Shown in pieces: positions 50,530 through 62,623 of a stretch of DNA of 64,000 nt. The stretch's first letter is position 1. Each line of letters opens with the position of its first letter. Origin of the DNA: Penicillus capitatus (lineage: Eukaryota; Plantae; Chlorophyta). The stretch covers positions 1,097,101 through 1,161,100 of the forward strand of contig OZ287696.1 of assembly GCA_965649825.1 (NCBI GenBank), read 5' to 3'. Under the pieces are notes generated by a model, which saw only the letters and a program-made list of their open reading frames with translations, was not told the origin of the DNA and ran no database searches. Both the position numbers and the translations under genes were made by a program.

Positions 50530-51274
50530 ATGTGGTTTCATGGCGTTTCAAACATGTTGCGTCGGTTTTCGCGAACGCTTAGCGCGTATACGGCCATAAC
50601 GCCAAGCCATAGTGTTCGTCCTTCATGCACGAGTCTGAAAGACTGGACAGTGGGAACGACGACCACGATTTCGACGTCGACAGAGAGACGACATGGACAC
50701 GACGGCGATGTCGATCCAAACACTCCCACGTTGTTTTTGAAACAGAAATGATCTGTCGTAACTATTGAGTTGAGTTTAACAGTATTGGAGTGACATTTAT
50801 CGAGAAAGACGGCAGCGAACGGTCGATTCGGGCTCCACTCGGCAAGGATCTTCTCACACTGGCCCATAGCAATGACATCGACCTGGAAGGTCACACAATC
50901 TTTCTCGTGAAGATTCTGCCTCACTCTTGCGAAGGCGCTTGCGAAGGATCACTGGCTTGCTCTACCTGTCACGTTATCGTCGAGGTATTTCGATGGTGGT
51001 TCATCGATGCCCATGGAGCATGTTTCTGTGCTTGGCAGGATCAAAAGTTTTATGATCGATTGCCCGAGCCAGAAGACGACGAGAATGATATGTTGGATCT
51101 TGCATTTGGTCTGACAGAAACGTCAGGCTTGTTTTGGCATTCATTGGCTTGTCTGTTTGATAGATTCGTAACAGGTCGCGATTGGGATGTCAGATCAAAG
51201 CAACGCCTGAATTGGATGGTCTGCGAGTGCGTATTCCGAGCGCTTCACGCAATATCGGCAGAGAAGTGGCTTGA
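50530..51274 (+). CDS. Mitochondrial adrenodoxin-like 2Fe-2S ferredoxin
   Basis: LEG|[28 protein letters not shown]|RLGCQ; R/S/T-rich presequence; TGA 51274. Confidence 0.95.
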
Positions 51275-51561
51275 TGTGCAACCCACCAGAGCACATCGTA
51301 TTCGATGATGATTATTTGTCGTCCCACAAAATATTCCCGCTGAAGCTGTCCTTCTCTCAACAATCGCATGAACACTGTTAAAAAATAGAGTCATCGAGGT
51401 CATCATCGATGGAGTATATGGCACGACGCAACACACCGTGTGCAAAGTCGCGAATCAATCGGAGAATGGGCAAAGTATTTCTCTGTCTTTTTCTTTTCGC
51501 GTTCGCGGACGTTTGTTAAATTCAACGACGTCGAATGGATCAAGAGATCGAACTCTCGACA

Positions 51562-51672
51562 GATAACGATGTCTGGTGCAATCGCTTTCTCCGATCGGTC
51601 GATCGATTCTACGATTGGATAACGATGTGTGGTGCAATCGCTTTCTCCGATCGGTCGATCGATTCTACGATT
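51562..51672. repeat. 56-nt direct tandem duplication
   Basis: GATAACGATGT(C/G)TGGTGCAATCGCTTTCTCCGATCGGTCGATCGATTCTACGATT at 51562 and 51618, one mismatch. Confidence 0.95.
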
Positions 51673-52170
51673 AGAGAATAATGTATGGCGTAGATAACCA
51701 TGAAGCCGCAACAAATGATCGGCCTGTCCTCTTTATTGCCATTCTCTAGTCATTTCTTCGACGTTATCCAAGTTCATCCTGCAATATGGTTTGGCAGTGA
51801 CAACGTCATTGTCCTTCGCTTTAGAGGTCAGACGTTGAACAACACAGTTGCCGGTCACGACGGACCTTCACTTCACCGCAAGGATAGCCTCTTGCCATCG
51901 ACAGATCCAAACGATTCACCCATTCCTCTTCTTTTTTATGACATCGATGATCATGTTCCATTTTGTTGCAGCGACGTCGAACGCACAATACTTCTTAGAA
52001 CAATAACACATGCGCGTGATCCATTTCTTCAAACGTGTCGTTTAGTGTCACCGATTCCTATCGCGATAATCTTTTTGAGTTTCTGCCGATGACACATGGA
52101 ATGGCTGCGGCTTAAATGCGCTAGATGAGCATACACCTGCGTCGTCTGTTTTCACTGTTCGGTCGCGAAG

Positions 52171-53109
52171 ATGATGATGTACCAGCACCTCGACGCTCCG
52201 TACTACGATGACGAGATGGAATTGGACGACCCCGGTTACTACGACGCGGAAGAAGAGCTTTACCACGAAGCGACGCGCCCCTATCGTTGGGTGCGGCCAG
52301 GCTACGGTAACCACCGTCTCTCAGCAAACCCACTCACGATTCGTTTTCCAGTTCCCCCTGGCGAAAAACCAACAAAGAAAACCGAATTACAGGAGCGTCA
52401 GGAAGAGATAGACCGACTCAAAAACGAAATCGCCGAGAAGGAGAAACGACTAAAGTTAGCCCATCTTCAGCGGGAGATCCAAGAAATAAGGAAAGCGCTC
52501 TACGAGAAGGAAGAAATCGCTCAGAAACGACAGGTACGGCTGCACGGACCATTCCTTCACTGTCACGACGACACATGACAGGCCACCGCTCAGCAGGCGC
52601 AAATTAACGAAAGGATTTCGAAGAAACAAGAACAAGTACGTATGGTGCGTTTTCTTCGGCGCTCTCGATGCTTCGCAATTCTAGGAGCGCAAGACGAAGA
52701 TTCAAACTTCTTTCAAGCAGGTAGGTGACAACCGACTTCCTCACTGTAACCGTTTGTCTCATTGCGATGCCTGTTAGGCCTTCAACGTCCCCGATAAAGA
52801 AGCGCCGCCTGTGAACGGTGTCGCTACGAAAGAAGACATTCAGCGCATTTTGAATTGCCGGTCAGATTACGAATGCTTCCAGGTATGTCGCCATCCATCA
52901 TGAAAGATCACTCTTGAGTGCTTGACGGATGGATGAATGCTCTTCAGTTATCGCAGCCCACAATGCTGTCGACCATAAAGAAGAAATACAAGGAACTGGC
53001 ACGGATGTTACATCCGGATAAATGTCAGTTAAGAGGGGCCAACGAAGCTTTTGTCAAGATTGGTAAAGCATATGATCGTTTGATACAGCTCTATCCCACG
53101 AGCGATTGA
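52171..53109 (+). CDS. Coiled-coil protein with C-terminal J domain
   Basis: IKKKYKELARMLHPDKC..ANEAFVKIGKAYDRL; upstream coiled coil; four short introns. Confidence 0.85.
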
Positions 53110-53264
53110 TGGTACGGCACTGGCGATGATAATAAATGAAAGAGTGCTCGTCAATCGGCGAGGAGTGCCGAATGTGCTGTGCTCTGAGCAGCGATAGCAG
53201 GGTTGAACGGACAGACAGACAGACAGTCAGGCAAAAGAGACAGACAATGAAACAGACAGAGTTG

Positions 53265-53570
53265 TTAACGGGGGACCGGTTTGTTTTCGTAATGTTCTAT
53301 ATCCAGATGCGCCATCGTATCGCGCAGTTCGATGGCGAGATCGTTTCGATGGCTCGAATCTCTCGCCGATTGCGAATGCAGATCGGGATCGTGCAGTTCG
53401 AGGATTCGCGCGTCCTGCCGTGCCACATAGAACGCCGATTGGCATCGTCGTCTCGATCTTACCTTGATAGCAAATCGATCCTTGAGTAGGTGCGATAGAG
53501 CAAGCCACGATGCAATGGTGAAGAGAACGAAGGGCGCTCCCGCGACGGCGAAACGTCGGCCGCTGTTCAT
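53265..53570 (-). CDS. COX16: Cytochrome c oxidase assembly protein COX16
   Basis: Single TM (GAPFVLFTIASWLALSHL) and terminal LDIEHYENKPVPR; one in-frame intron. Confidence 0.8.
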   Translation of the reverse strand: MNSGRRFAVAGAPFVLFTIASWLALSHLLKDRFAIKVRSRRRCQSAFYVARQDARILELHDPDLHSQSARDSSHRNDLAIELRDTMAHLDIEHYENKPVPR

Positions 53571-54069
53571 GACGGAAGGATGTGTAGAACGTCACCGATG
53601 TAAATGGCCAAATGCATCGCATCACAGCATTTCAAGTCAGAACAGTTTGACAGACAGCACACGCATTCCATGTCCATTGGTATCACGCACACACATCTCA
53701 CTCTATCCTGTCTCACACTTGCCGTTCTTCTGGGAGCATCGATCGATCACCATGCAAAGACCATCCATTTCGCTAACTACTAGCGCAGCAACATTGTGCA
53801 AAAACAATAAGTGCTCTACAGCAGCACTGTGAAATCAAACAGGACCCAGGTTGGGGTGCTCGTTTCTAAGGGCGTTTCAAAAAAGGCATGAAAGCAGGGT
53901 GGAGTGCATTGAGAAGGTCAGGGAATGAGACAATGTTTCTCTCGTGTTAAAAAGAATCGAGCGACATGGCGATCCTTGGATGCCACATTCAAGAAGTGCT
54001 GCGCATCACACATGCCTTCCTCTTCTGGTGGAAACGGGGAGATCGTTTTTTATTTTCTGGACCCTCGTC

Positions 54070-54891
54070 TCATTGGAGGGGTGAAGATTTCTTCGAGGGT
54101 GGTGGCGGACTGTCGCCCGCGTACAGTCCGTTGTTGAATACATGAAGGCGTTCGGCATTTGCCGTTCGAATCCTCTGCCGTCCATAGAGATCGCTCACGC
54201 ATCCCATGGACCTTGCTCTGAGTGCTTTCCTTGCGCTTTCTTTCGGCAAGGGGCGAATGTGGAAAGGGCCACTATTATTACCACAACTCGTCTCGACCCC
54301 CATCAACTCTTTCACGGTGTACATCCCAAATGCATCGCCTTTTGTACTGCCCACATGGTAGGGTTGATAGTATGAGGAAGAATCGGCGGAATAGCTGGGC
54401 CATGTGTAACGACTCGACAGAGTATGATCATAATCAGAAAACTCCGCTTCGCCGTCAATCGTCGGGAGTGCATCCCCCTTGCCATGCTTCATGAGCCCAG
54501 AGTACACGGCCACTTCTGGCAGGGTGCTCATTGTATGCTGATCTTGCTTGATTTCGTGAAGGATGACTTCAGTCACCTCGCCATGGCGACAGGTGTTGAG
54601 AAACACGCAGAGGAAAGCTTCCGCGACGAAGGGCACAGCGTAGTTGAGAATCAGCTTCCACCAAACCGGCCAGGTCGTGTTGTTCCAGAAATCCCCTACA
54701 GAATGATATTCCGTGTCAGCCGTGCGCAACTGTCCTCGACAGAGTCGGACAGTTATGAGCAGGCAGTAAGTACCATAGTTTGTATAGGTCAAGACGGTGC
54801 CAACGAGTGCTGCGACGAAAGAGCTCTTGAGGAGCACGTTCCACTGGAACATCGCCTTTAGCAACATCTTGCACCACGCAATGTTGCCCAT
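54070..54891 (-). CDS. Protein with N-terminal NrtS-like (small nitrate/nitrite transporter) domain and long hydrophilic tail
   Basis: Removing a 78-nt intron (54773-54696, GTACTT..TGTAG) gives LKSSFVAALVGTVLTYTNYGDFWNNTTWPVWWKLILNYAVPFVA, matching the NrtS pattern ALVVGTILxxINQGD..WxKxxLTYxVPxxV. Confidence 0.6.
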   Translation of the reverse strand: MGNIAWCKMLLKAMFQWNVLLKSSFVAALVGTVLTYTNYGTYCLLITVRLCRGQLRTADTEYHSVGDFWNNTTWPVWWKLILNYAVPFVAEAFLCVFLNTCRHGEVTEVILHEIKQDQHTMSTLPEVAVYSGLMKHGKGDALPTIDGEAEFSDYDHTLSSRYTWPSYSADSSSYYQPYHVGSTKGDAFGMYTVKELMGVETSCGNNSGPFHIRPLPKESARKALRARSMGCVSDLYGRQRIRTANAERLHVFNNGLYAGDSPPPPSKKSSPLQ

Positions 54892-55191
54892 CTCTCGTAG
54901 CTAACTCTTTTCGGAAATTTTTTTCCTCTTTTTCGGAAAGGTGTTTGAAGTAAGACTTATTCTGCGAATCGCTGCCGGTTACGAAACTTAAAGTCCAGTA
55001 AGAGACGCGGAAAACGAGCGGAGTACCAGTACCTGAGTTCTAACCGCTAGAGTCGATGCGTTAAAACCTCCTGGGTCGTTAAGCTCATAGTAATAACATC
55101 CAAAATCTGTAACCGCCACGATTCGGAAGCTTGTTCAAATTCCAAGAAAAAAATAAAAACAAGGGCAGTCAGGAGTGCGTCAGATGATGAT

Positions 55192-57744
55192 CTAACCGTA
55201 CAGCCGACCAACAACTCTGCCAGTGAGTGCATAGGTTAATAGCACAGGAGTGGCAGCATCCATGAGATTGACACGCGGGTCCAGACTGTGCGCAAATCCC
55301 ACGATAATGCAGACACCGATGACCAGAGATGCATAACCACTGTCAATACTGACACTGTGTTTTCGAGCCAGACGCAACACAGACTTCATCACAGCATCCA
55401 GATCGATGCCAGCCTCGGAATGGACATCGCATTCCGTACGGAACAGACAGGACATATCTTCCACAAAGGCCTTCGGATGTGGACACTGTTGATCATCGCT
55501 CCATTGCAGCAGATGCTGAGCGGCCTGGTAGCCATCGCCCTTGGCAATCAAATTGAGGAAAGAAATGAAGTGCTTTCGGATTTTCGGTCGCAATTCTTCG
55601 GCCAGTCCAAAATCCAGCAGCACAATCTGAAGTCCTTTCTCCCCATCTTCCTGTTCCACCTCGCGCACCAAGATGTTGCCGGGATGCAGGTCTGTGTGGA
55701 CAAAGTTGTCAGACAGCAGCATTTTCAGATAGGCATCCACGCCCAATGTCACGATCTTAGTATTCAGTTCTGAAGGTGCCTTGATAAAACGCGCCACACT
55801 GACCCCCTCTTCGTACGTTTCTACGAGAACAGACTCCGACACCAACTCTTCGATGACTTGAGGAATCACAATGGCATTCTTGACCGGCTCAAAGTTTTGA
55901 CCAAATCTTCGGATGTGCGCCGCCTCTACTCGAAAATCTGTTTGAGCTGTCATTGTATTCGAAAACTGTGAAACAGATTCTCTGAGAGGCAGGTTTTTCA
56001 GTGTCGGTATTCTGGATGCCATTCCAGCGATGGGCTTCAGAATCTGAAAGTCCAGATGAATTTGTTGCCCCACATTCGGATGACGAACTTTCACAATAAC
56101 GGGAACGATATGTCCATTTCTTCTGTACAGGGCTCGATGGACCTGAGCCACACTTCCAGACGCCAACGGTTCGTGTTCGAACGCTTCGAAAATCTCTTCG
56201 ACTGGCCGGCCGAAAGATCGCAGGATTTCTCTTCGGGTCTGCTGCATGGGATGAACAGGAGCATTGTCATGCAGTGCTGACAAGACGTCACAGAATTCAA
56301 CGGGAAACAGATCTTCTCGAGCGGAAGACCATTGACCCCATTTGATGAATGCCGCTCCTCCATCTCTGCAACCCTGCAGCAATCTCTGAAAGGCGGCGAT
56401 GCGCATCCTGTTCACCCATTTCTTCCGCAGCGTCAGTTCAAAAGAACTCGATTCCTGTTTCGGACGCGACCTCTTTGCCTGCCGATGACATTTGTCCAGA
56501 GAATAGGCAATCAGCAGCAAAAAGACACCAAGTAAAATGAATGGCAGAAATGCTAAAAAAAGTCGCAAGCCACGGAGAGACAGTTCGAGCCTCTCGACGG
56601 CCGACAGTTCCTTCTCTTCGATGACGTGATCCTGTCGACCGTACAGTGGCAGCACGATCTCCATTCTTTGTCCCTGCTTTTCCATTTCCCTTGTCAAATC
56701 ACCATCATTTGAAGACATGGCTTCCAATTCTGCTTCCAGCGGAAATTCGCTGATCTCTGAAACGGGACGGGCCACATAGGATGGACAAATGACAGAAGGA
56801 TGCTTCTGCTGACTGGAAGACGCTTGCAGCGCTACGTCCAGTCTTCCGTCCACGACTCCTTGAATGGTCACACTTCTGTCACGCGGAATGTGTGGATGCC
56901 TTATCCGAGGCGCCTTAGGTCGGGGTCCAGGATTCAAATTGACAATCCACATCCATCCGTGTCCATCGGATAAAGCATGCACAGGAAGTGCACTGTCTTC
57001 TACAGCGCGTCCGTATTCAATACTATTTCTCTCACAGAAATCGATCAAGCTTTTCAGTGGCGGTGTATCTGGCAAGTCTTTCAGCAGATGGGCGACGCGA
57101 CAGGCAGCTTGTTTGTGGGCCTTCAGCCATGCCTCTTCGATGGCTTCGTTGCCGACAATCTTACCACGAGCGATCGCTTTCGCCAGTCGCTTATAGCTTC
57201 GATCTACCTCCATCAATTCCATACAGCACTCCAATGTGTGATAAGACTCGACGAAACATCTGCCCCAGATTTCGCGAATTCCGCAGTAGATCAGCACCGG
57301 TTGTTCGACCTGACCCGCGATCTCTCTCAAAAAACGCACCAGCGAAAAATCGTTCCATTCTATCAGAGGCAGTGCCGTGGATTCTGGCGTCGTTTCGACT
57401 CTTCTGGGCTGACGTGTGAACAGAGCGACAAGACTGGTGAGGCAGAAGACTTTCTCAACGAGGGGTACAATTCCGGGAACCAGCAGGCGAAGGGCGGCAA
57501 TGCCTGCGACGCGACTGGCACAGACAACAGATCTTCTCACACTTGACATCCATCCCTCACCATCCAATGTCACACTCTGTGTCATAGACTCCCCCTCGTC
57601 CACTGGAGCACCTGCCAAAAACTGAAAGGCCTGAACGCGAAGATCTGGTCGACATCCACGCCCAACGCCGATTCGGAGACTCATCGGGAACCACAGTATA
57701 GCACGCCATCCGGCCAGAAGAAAACGACATCCAGCCACTATCAA
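55192..57744 (-). CDS. ABC1/UbiB-family atypical kinase (ADCK2-like) with long N-terminal extension
   Basis: GAAFIKWGQW, LHDNAP, LASGSVAQVH, VKVRHP, QTDFRVEA, HTDLHPGNILV, LDFG; 850-codon open frame. Confidence 0.92.
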   Translation of the reverse strand: MIVAGCRFLLAGWRAILWFPMSLRIGVGRGCRPDLRVQAFQFLAGAPVDEGESMTQSVTLDGEGWMSSVRRSVVCASRVAGIAALRLLVPGIVPLVEKVFCLTSLVALFTRQPRRVETTPESTALPLIEWNDFSLVRFLREIAGQVEQPVLIYCGIREIWGRCFVESYHTLECCMELMEVDRSYKRLAKAIARGKIVGNEAIEEAWLKAHKQAACRVAHLLKDLPDTPPLKSLIDFCERNSIEYGRAVEDSALPVHALSDGHGWMWIVNLNPGPRPKAPRIRHPHIPRDRSVTIQGVVDGRLDVALQASSSQQKHPSVICPSYVARPVSEISEFPLEAELEAMSSNDGDLTREMEKQGQRMEIVLPLYGRQDHVIEEKELSAVERLELSLRGLRLFLAFLPFILLGVFLLLIAYSLDKCHRQAKRSRPKQESSSFELTLRKKWVNRMRIAAFQRLLQGCRDGGAAFIKWGQWSSAREDLFPVEFCDVLSALHDNAPVHPMQQTRREILRSFGRPVEEIFEAFEHEPLASGSVAQVHRALYRRNGHIVPVIVKVRHPNVGQQIHLDFQILKPIAGMASRIPTLKNLPLRESVSQFSNTMTAQTDFRVEAAHIRRFGQNFEPVKNAIVIPQVIEELVSESVLVETYEEGVSVARFIKAPSELNTKIVTLGVDAYLKMLLSDNFVHTDLHPGNILVREVEQEDGEKGLQIVLLDFGLAEELRPKIRKHFISFLNLIAKGDGYQAAQHLLQWSDDQQCPHPKAFVEDMSCLFRTECDVHSEAGIDLDAVMKSVLRLARKHSVSIDSGYASLVIGVCIIVGFAHSLDPRVNLMDAATPVLLTYALTGRVVGRLYG

Positions 57745-58523
57745 CCGTCACACGCCATCACGCACACAAACATGATGCCTTCCATTCTCACCCTTAAAGC
57801 GTGGAACCCGTTCGGAAAACTTCATCTGTACACTGGAGCCTTCTCGCTCCATACTTTGCAACCTTATCCACAGATCCTGTCATGTGCCAACGGGCAGAGT
57901 ATTCACAGGACCTGTCTGTTGTGATCGTCATTTCTCGACATCTATCGAGAATGGTTTCGGAAGGGAGCAGTGTAAAGCGCGCTTCCATTGGCGGTATATC
58001 GCAGCGAAATGCATCTATCACGCGTATCTATCGACACCGTGAACCCCGTCGTCAGAACCCTAGTCGTTGCAAACGACTGTCGGTACTTGCGCCGTCTCCG
58101 TTCTCGAAAATCGCATCATACTGGACGCCAATATCCTTACAGTGGCGTCGTTTTTGTGCTTCACGAAGCAAGTCGAGTGGGAGACGCACCGAGATGAGAT
58201 TCGCTCCCATTAAGGGTCGCTTTCATATACATTGGCGGTTCTGCGCTCAAAAAGGCAGCGATTCTTACTCAGTCTTGTGAAAAAGCATCTAAGGCGTCTC
58301 GTTCATCACGAGAGCTTGAAAACGACCTAGCTGAAAAAACGGTAAGAACCAAAGGATGCCAGAGATGAAGAAACATTTCCTGTACGGCGGGAGACCGCGA
58401 AGAGGGTGTCATGCCTCACTGGGTCGCGACGCCGTGACGGGACCCTTTGGGGAAGAACGCTGAATCGTCGACTGAGCGGTGAATAGGAATGCGTGATATG
58501 TTGTAGGTCGATTGGCTCCAAAC

Positions 58524-60017
58524 ATGATGCGGTTGATTGGCAACGGTCGTGTGGAGAATGAAGCACGAACCGAGATCGCACGTATAGACAGCAGAGGGCT
58601 GGCAGTATGTCATTGTGTTCGTGTGTGTCTGTACAGCTCCAGTGTTCAAGACGGGCATGGCATGTTACTTTGATGAGGATGCCATAAAGACTGCCCGTGA
58701 TCGTCGTAATCAGGTCTTGGAATTTGCAAAGACGATTCCAAAGCCGCACAGCAGAACAAAGCGGCCGTCTCCTAAGAAACGAAAAAATGCGAAGAAGAAG
58801 AATCCACAAGATCAGAGCTTTGGTTTGTTCCGGTCAACGCGTCATGTCGTACGTCCTGGATTGCCCAGAGAACTGACAAAGCTGGATCTGCATTACCCAA
58901 ATCGCGAATCCCCACCGTACAGACCAGATGATATGTCAGGGCATTTGGTGTTCTTCTGCGGTGAAAATCTGTCCAAACGTTTTAAGATACTGTCCAAGCT
59001 GGGACAAGGGAAATTTGGGATTGTACTGGAGTGCTGGGATCGACTGACACAAGATTACGTAGCAATAAAAGTCGTCCGGAACCGCGAACTGTACCGTGAG
59101 GCAGCCTTGTCAGAGTTACAGGTGCTGCACACGTTGGAGTTGAATGATCCAGAAGGAAAACGACACTGCATTCCTTCAAGGCGTTGGTTCTATTACAGGC
59201 ATCATGTTTGTCTTGTCTTTCAGAAGTTTGGACCGAATCTGTGGCAGATGCTGGAAGCAAATGACTACCAGCCACTCAACTACACGCTCGTTCACAGGTT
59301 TTGTAAACAGATGTTGGAGGGATTAGCTTACATGCATGAGCTCTCCATTATCCACACAGATCTGAAAACAGAGAACATTCTCATTACTACTGAAGATTTA
59401 GAAGGGCAAGAGGGGGAGGTGGAACAGCCGTCCATCAAGATCATTGATTTCGGCAGTGCAATATTCGAAGAAGATTACCATCCAAGCGTCATTACTACAA
59501 GAGACTATAGAGCGCCAGAAGTCATTCTTGATCTGGGCTGGTCTTATCCCTGTGATCTGTGGAGTATGGGATGTATGTTCTTCGAGATGGCAACAGGATT
59601 GCCGCTTTTTATTACCCGTGAGGATCTTGAGCACTTGGCAATGATGGAACAGGTTCTTGGTTGCATTCCTGAGTCCATTTCTCGCAAGTCTGTCCAATAC
59701 ATTCATTTCCTTACCACAGCTATGGTATGCTGGTGTGCTCGTCTAGGTGTGGCAGAAGAACGCGTAAATTTTTCTTTAGAAAGAGACTCGATTGGCCACG
59801 AGGTCCATGTCCAGAGACAATGGTCGCGAATGTGCGCAAGCTGACCAAGTTACAGTATATGATCCAGGAACTGGCGCACGACACGCTGAAGCCGCAGCTG
59901 CAGTTATTTCTTGATTTGGTCCGAGGTCTGTTAGAGTACCATCCGGAGAAACGACTGACTGCCAAACAAGCCCTTCAGCATCCATTTTTTACTGAGCCTT
60001 TGACGACGCACGAGTAA
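58524..60017 (+). CDS. LAMMER dual-specificity kinase (CLK/AFC family), divergent
   Basis: DDMSGHL, LGQGKFG, HTDLKTENIL, DFGSA, YRAPE, EHLAMMEQVLG. The N-terminus probably extends upstream through further short introns. Confidence 0.93.
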
Positions 60018-61070
60018 AATCTACGGATCCTTTGTGCCACTACGGCACGGCGATAGAAATTTTCATGATCTAGATCGACATGAGTTCCTACAGTGTCTGT
60101 CTGACACGACCGACACGTCCGACCGATGACACAATCCCCTCTCTGCCAAATATCGCAATTAGAAAATAGACTGTCCATGCGACCTTCGATCGTTCCTGTA
60201 TCTGTCTCTATGAAGAGCTAGCTGAGTGTGTATGTGTATGATCCAGACAGAACTGCAGCCTCTTTTGTATCGTTTCTTGTGGTGGTGGACGGCAAATCAA
60301 GCATCGGTGGCATCAAGCTTGCCATTTTGCTCGTTTCTGTTAGGAGAAGGTGGGCCCTACCTGCTTGCTCGCTATGAATCTCTCTCTTTCTGTGTTCACT
60401 TGTCCAAAATGGCTCACTTGTTAAGAACTCTCTCCAACATTTATTCTTAACAAAAAATGCGTGTTGGCTGAAATTCTTATCATGATTTAATTGACATTCT
60501 CGTCTGTGTCCCCCAAAGAATAAGGATGATGCATGCACACACACACTCAGCAGACGAGAAATAAAACAATGGGGGATATTCTGAGGATCTTAGCAGTGAA
60601 AGCTTCAAGTTGTAGGTCGTATCTCGGTAATAATCGCGAATCTTCTCCCGATGCAACATTGATGCAGTGCCAAGAGTACATAACATCAGCGTCACATGAG
60701 GGACGTGTAATCGGTTTTGTCTCGGCCATCATTCCATACCCCTTATTCCAAAAAACACAGTCTCTGTGTTCTCCAACGTCATTCCTTGACTCACATATTC
60801 CTCATTTTTCCAAGCTTTGTTATTTTTACGTTCGGCAATCTACAAGCTGTCTTGGTTGTTATTGGGTTGCTCATCTTGAAAGGGACGGACGGATGAATAG
60901 ACGTCCAGAAAAATGATGGATCGCGTCACACATCTGAAAGCGCACAACAGTTTCGGGACACACAAGATCTGGATTATTTGGCTATCCTGTCAATTCAACC
61001 TGTTTGATTGACTGACGTCTTGACTGTCACGATTGCGCTGGTCGTCCCCCCAAGAAACAGAGCAGCTTCT

Positions 61071-62623
61071 CTAACAGCCAGTTTTGACAGTGCCCGACAA
61101 GTGGATGCTGATGATGCGGGTAATTCCGACCGCTGACGAATGCAGAGAGCACAGGCCTGTCACACACCATCCCTCACACACCTGAGTGCATCGATAGACA
61201 AACACGCACCCCATATAGCATTCAAAGTCGGAAAGATCGGCGACAGAAGTTGGCGGTAAGTACTCGATGACTCGAATCTCAGGTGGAGCCAAAGGATGTG
61301 GGCTCTCCGATCCGTTTGGAATCATCTCTTTTATATCAAATGGGTGCTCCAAGGCACAATGAATTTCTTCAGATTTGGCATCGTGGAATCGCTTTGCCTG
61401 TTGCATTCGCAGGTGCAATCGTGCTCGTGTTGGCAATCGTGGTCTGGGACGTTGAATACAGGCCGTCATTTTTCGATGCACCAGTCGCCGTAAGACACGG
61501 TCATGCATGGCAAAGGAATCGTCTTCATCCTCTTCCTTTTCTTCATCCAATGAGGATGCAGCTTCTTCTTCTTCCATCCAACCAGCGTTGCAAATCATTC
61601 CCATAAATCCTTTTAAGAACAGGTTTGGCCGCCACCAATCTTCTGAGTCCTGAACGGGTTGGCTTGTGCATTCTGCCGCCCTGGGATCTGTCGGTGTGTG
61701 TGGCCGCATTTCTGTCGTTGTGTGCGGTTCGATACACTGAGAGGCAGGAGGAGAAAACGTTGGACTGGATGCTTTGATATTTCGATGAAGATGTTCTAAG
61801 GACCCCTTTTTGCGGGAGCCAAAAGAACTCCCTCCATACGCCGTGTCTTCCTTGTGATCCTCTGGATCATCATCTGAAAGGACACTCCATCCGTCAGATC
61901 CACTCGTCTCTCCCTTATCCCCAGAACGAGGACACGGACATGTCAGTACATCTTCAATCGTTTTCAATGGCTGCTCCTCGACTTCCAAGAAAGGTGCAGC
62001 CATATCTGCTCGCTCTTCTGCCACATTCCATTTCCTCGTATACTGTGACGGTCTCTCTGGAGGTCGATGGATGTCGTGGAAGGCTGTCGTATCCGAAAGA
62101 CTTCGATGCAATTGCCGATCCTGTCCACCACGTTTCATACTACAGCAAGCAGCATCCCATCCACTGGTCTATGGGTGGTATGGACTCGGTCTCTTGCCTT
62201 CTGAGGTTTTTTATGGGGCAATCGTTTTCGGAAGGCATCGACTTCTTTTCGAACATATCGAGTGGTGTCTCTTCAGTATCATCCACATCTCGACTTCCCT
62301 GTTCCCTCTGCATCTCTCTGACGCTATCGTCTTCTTCTTCATCTCCGAAACTCTGAAAACTCGTCCATATTGTTTTCTTCCTTTTCTCGTTCTCGTTCTC
62401 CTCTGGCATGGGCAATTGCTTCAGCCATCGCGCAATGGCACGTTTTCTCAAATCAAGAATCGCTTCCTGTTCTTGTCGCTTTTGAAAGGTATCCATATCG
62501 TATGTAGATAACATCAGCTGGACAGACCCCTTTCGTCCTACAAGCTCTGAGTACACTTATCTGCTGACTATCAACCGAGTTACCAAGGGAGCTCAGGGGA
62601 AAGTTGCGCATTTCTTCTTCCAT
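61071..62623 (-). CDS. Hypothetical largely disordered acidic protein
   Basis: Long ORFs 61071..62138 (355 aa) and 62140..62556 on the same strand with E/D-rich tracts; joining splice sites not resolved. Confidence 0.55.

Noticed and set aside
55288-57546. Long + strand ORFs antisense to the ABC1 kinase (similar ones oppose SS3, LIG4 and ValRS)
   Set aside because: Shadow ORFs produced by the codon bias of the real genes.
57801-58280. 159-aa ORF between the ABC1 and LAMMER kinases
   Set aside because: No motifs and an S/R-rich random-like composition; probably promoter/UTR or unresolved upstream kinase exons.
60218-60916. Short ORFs on both strands
   Set aside because: No coherent exon chain or motif; consistent with 3' UTR or intergenic DNA between convergent genes.
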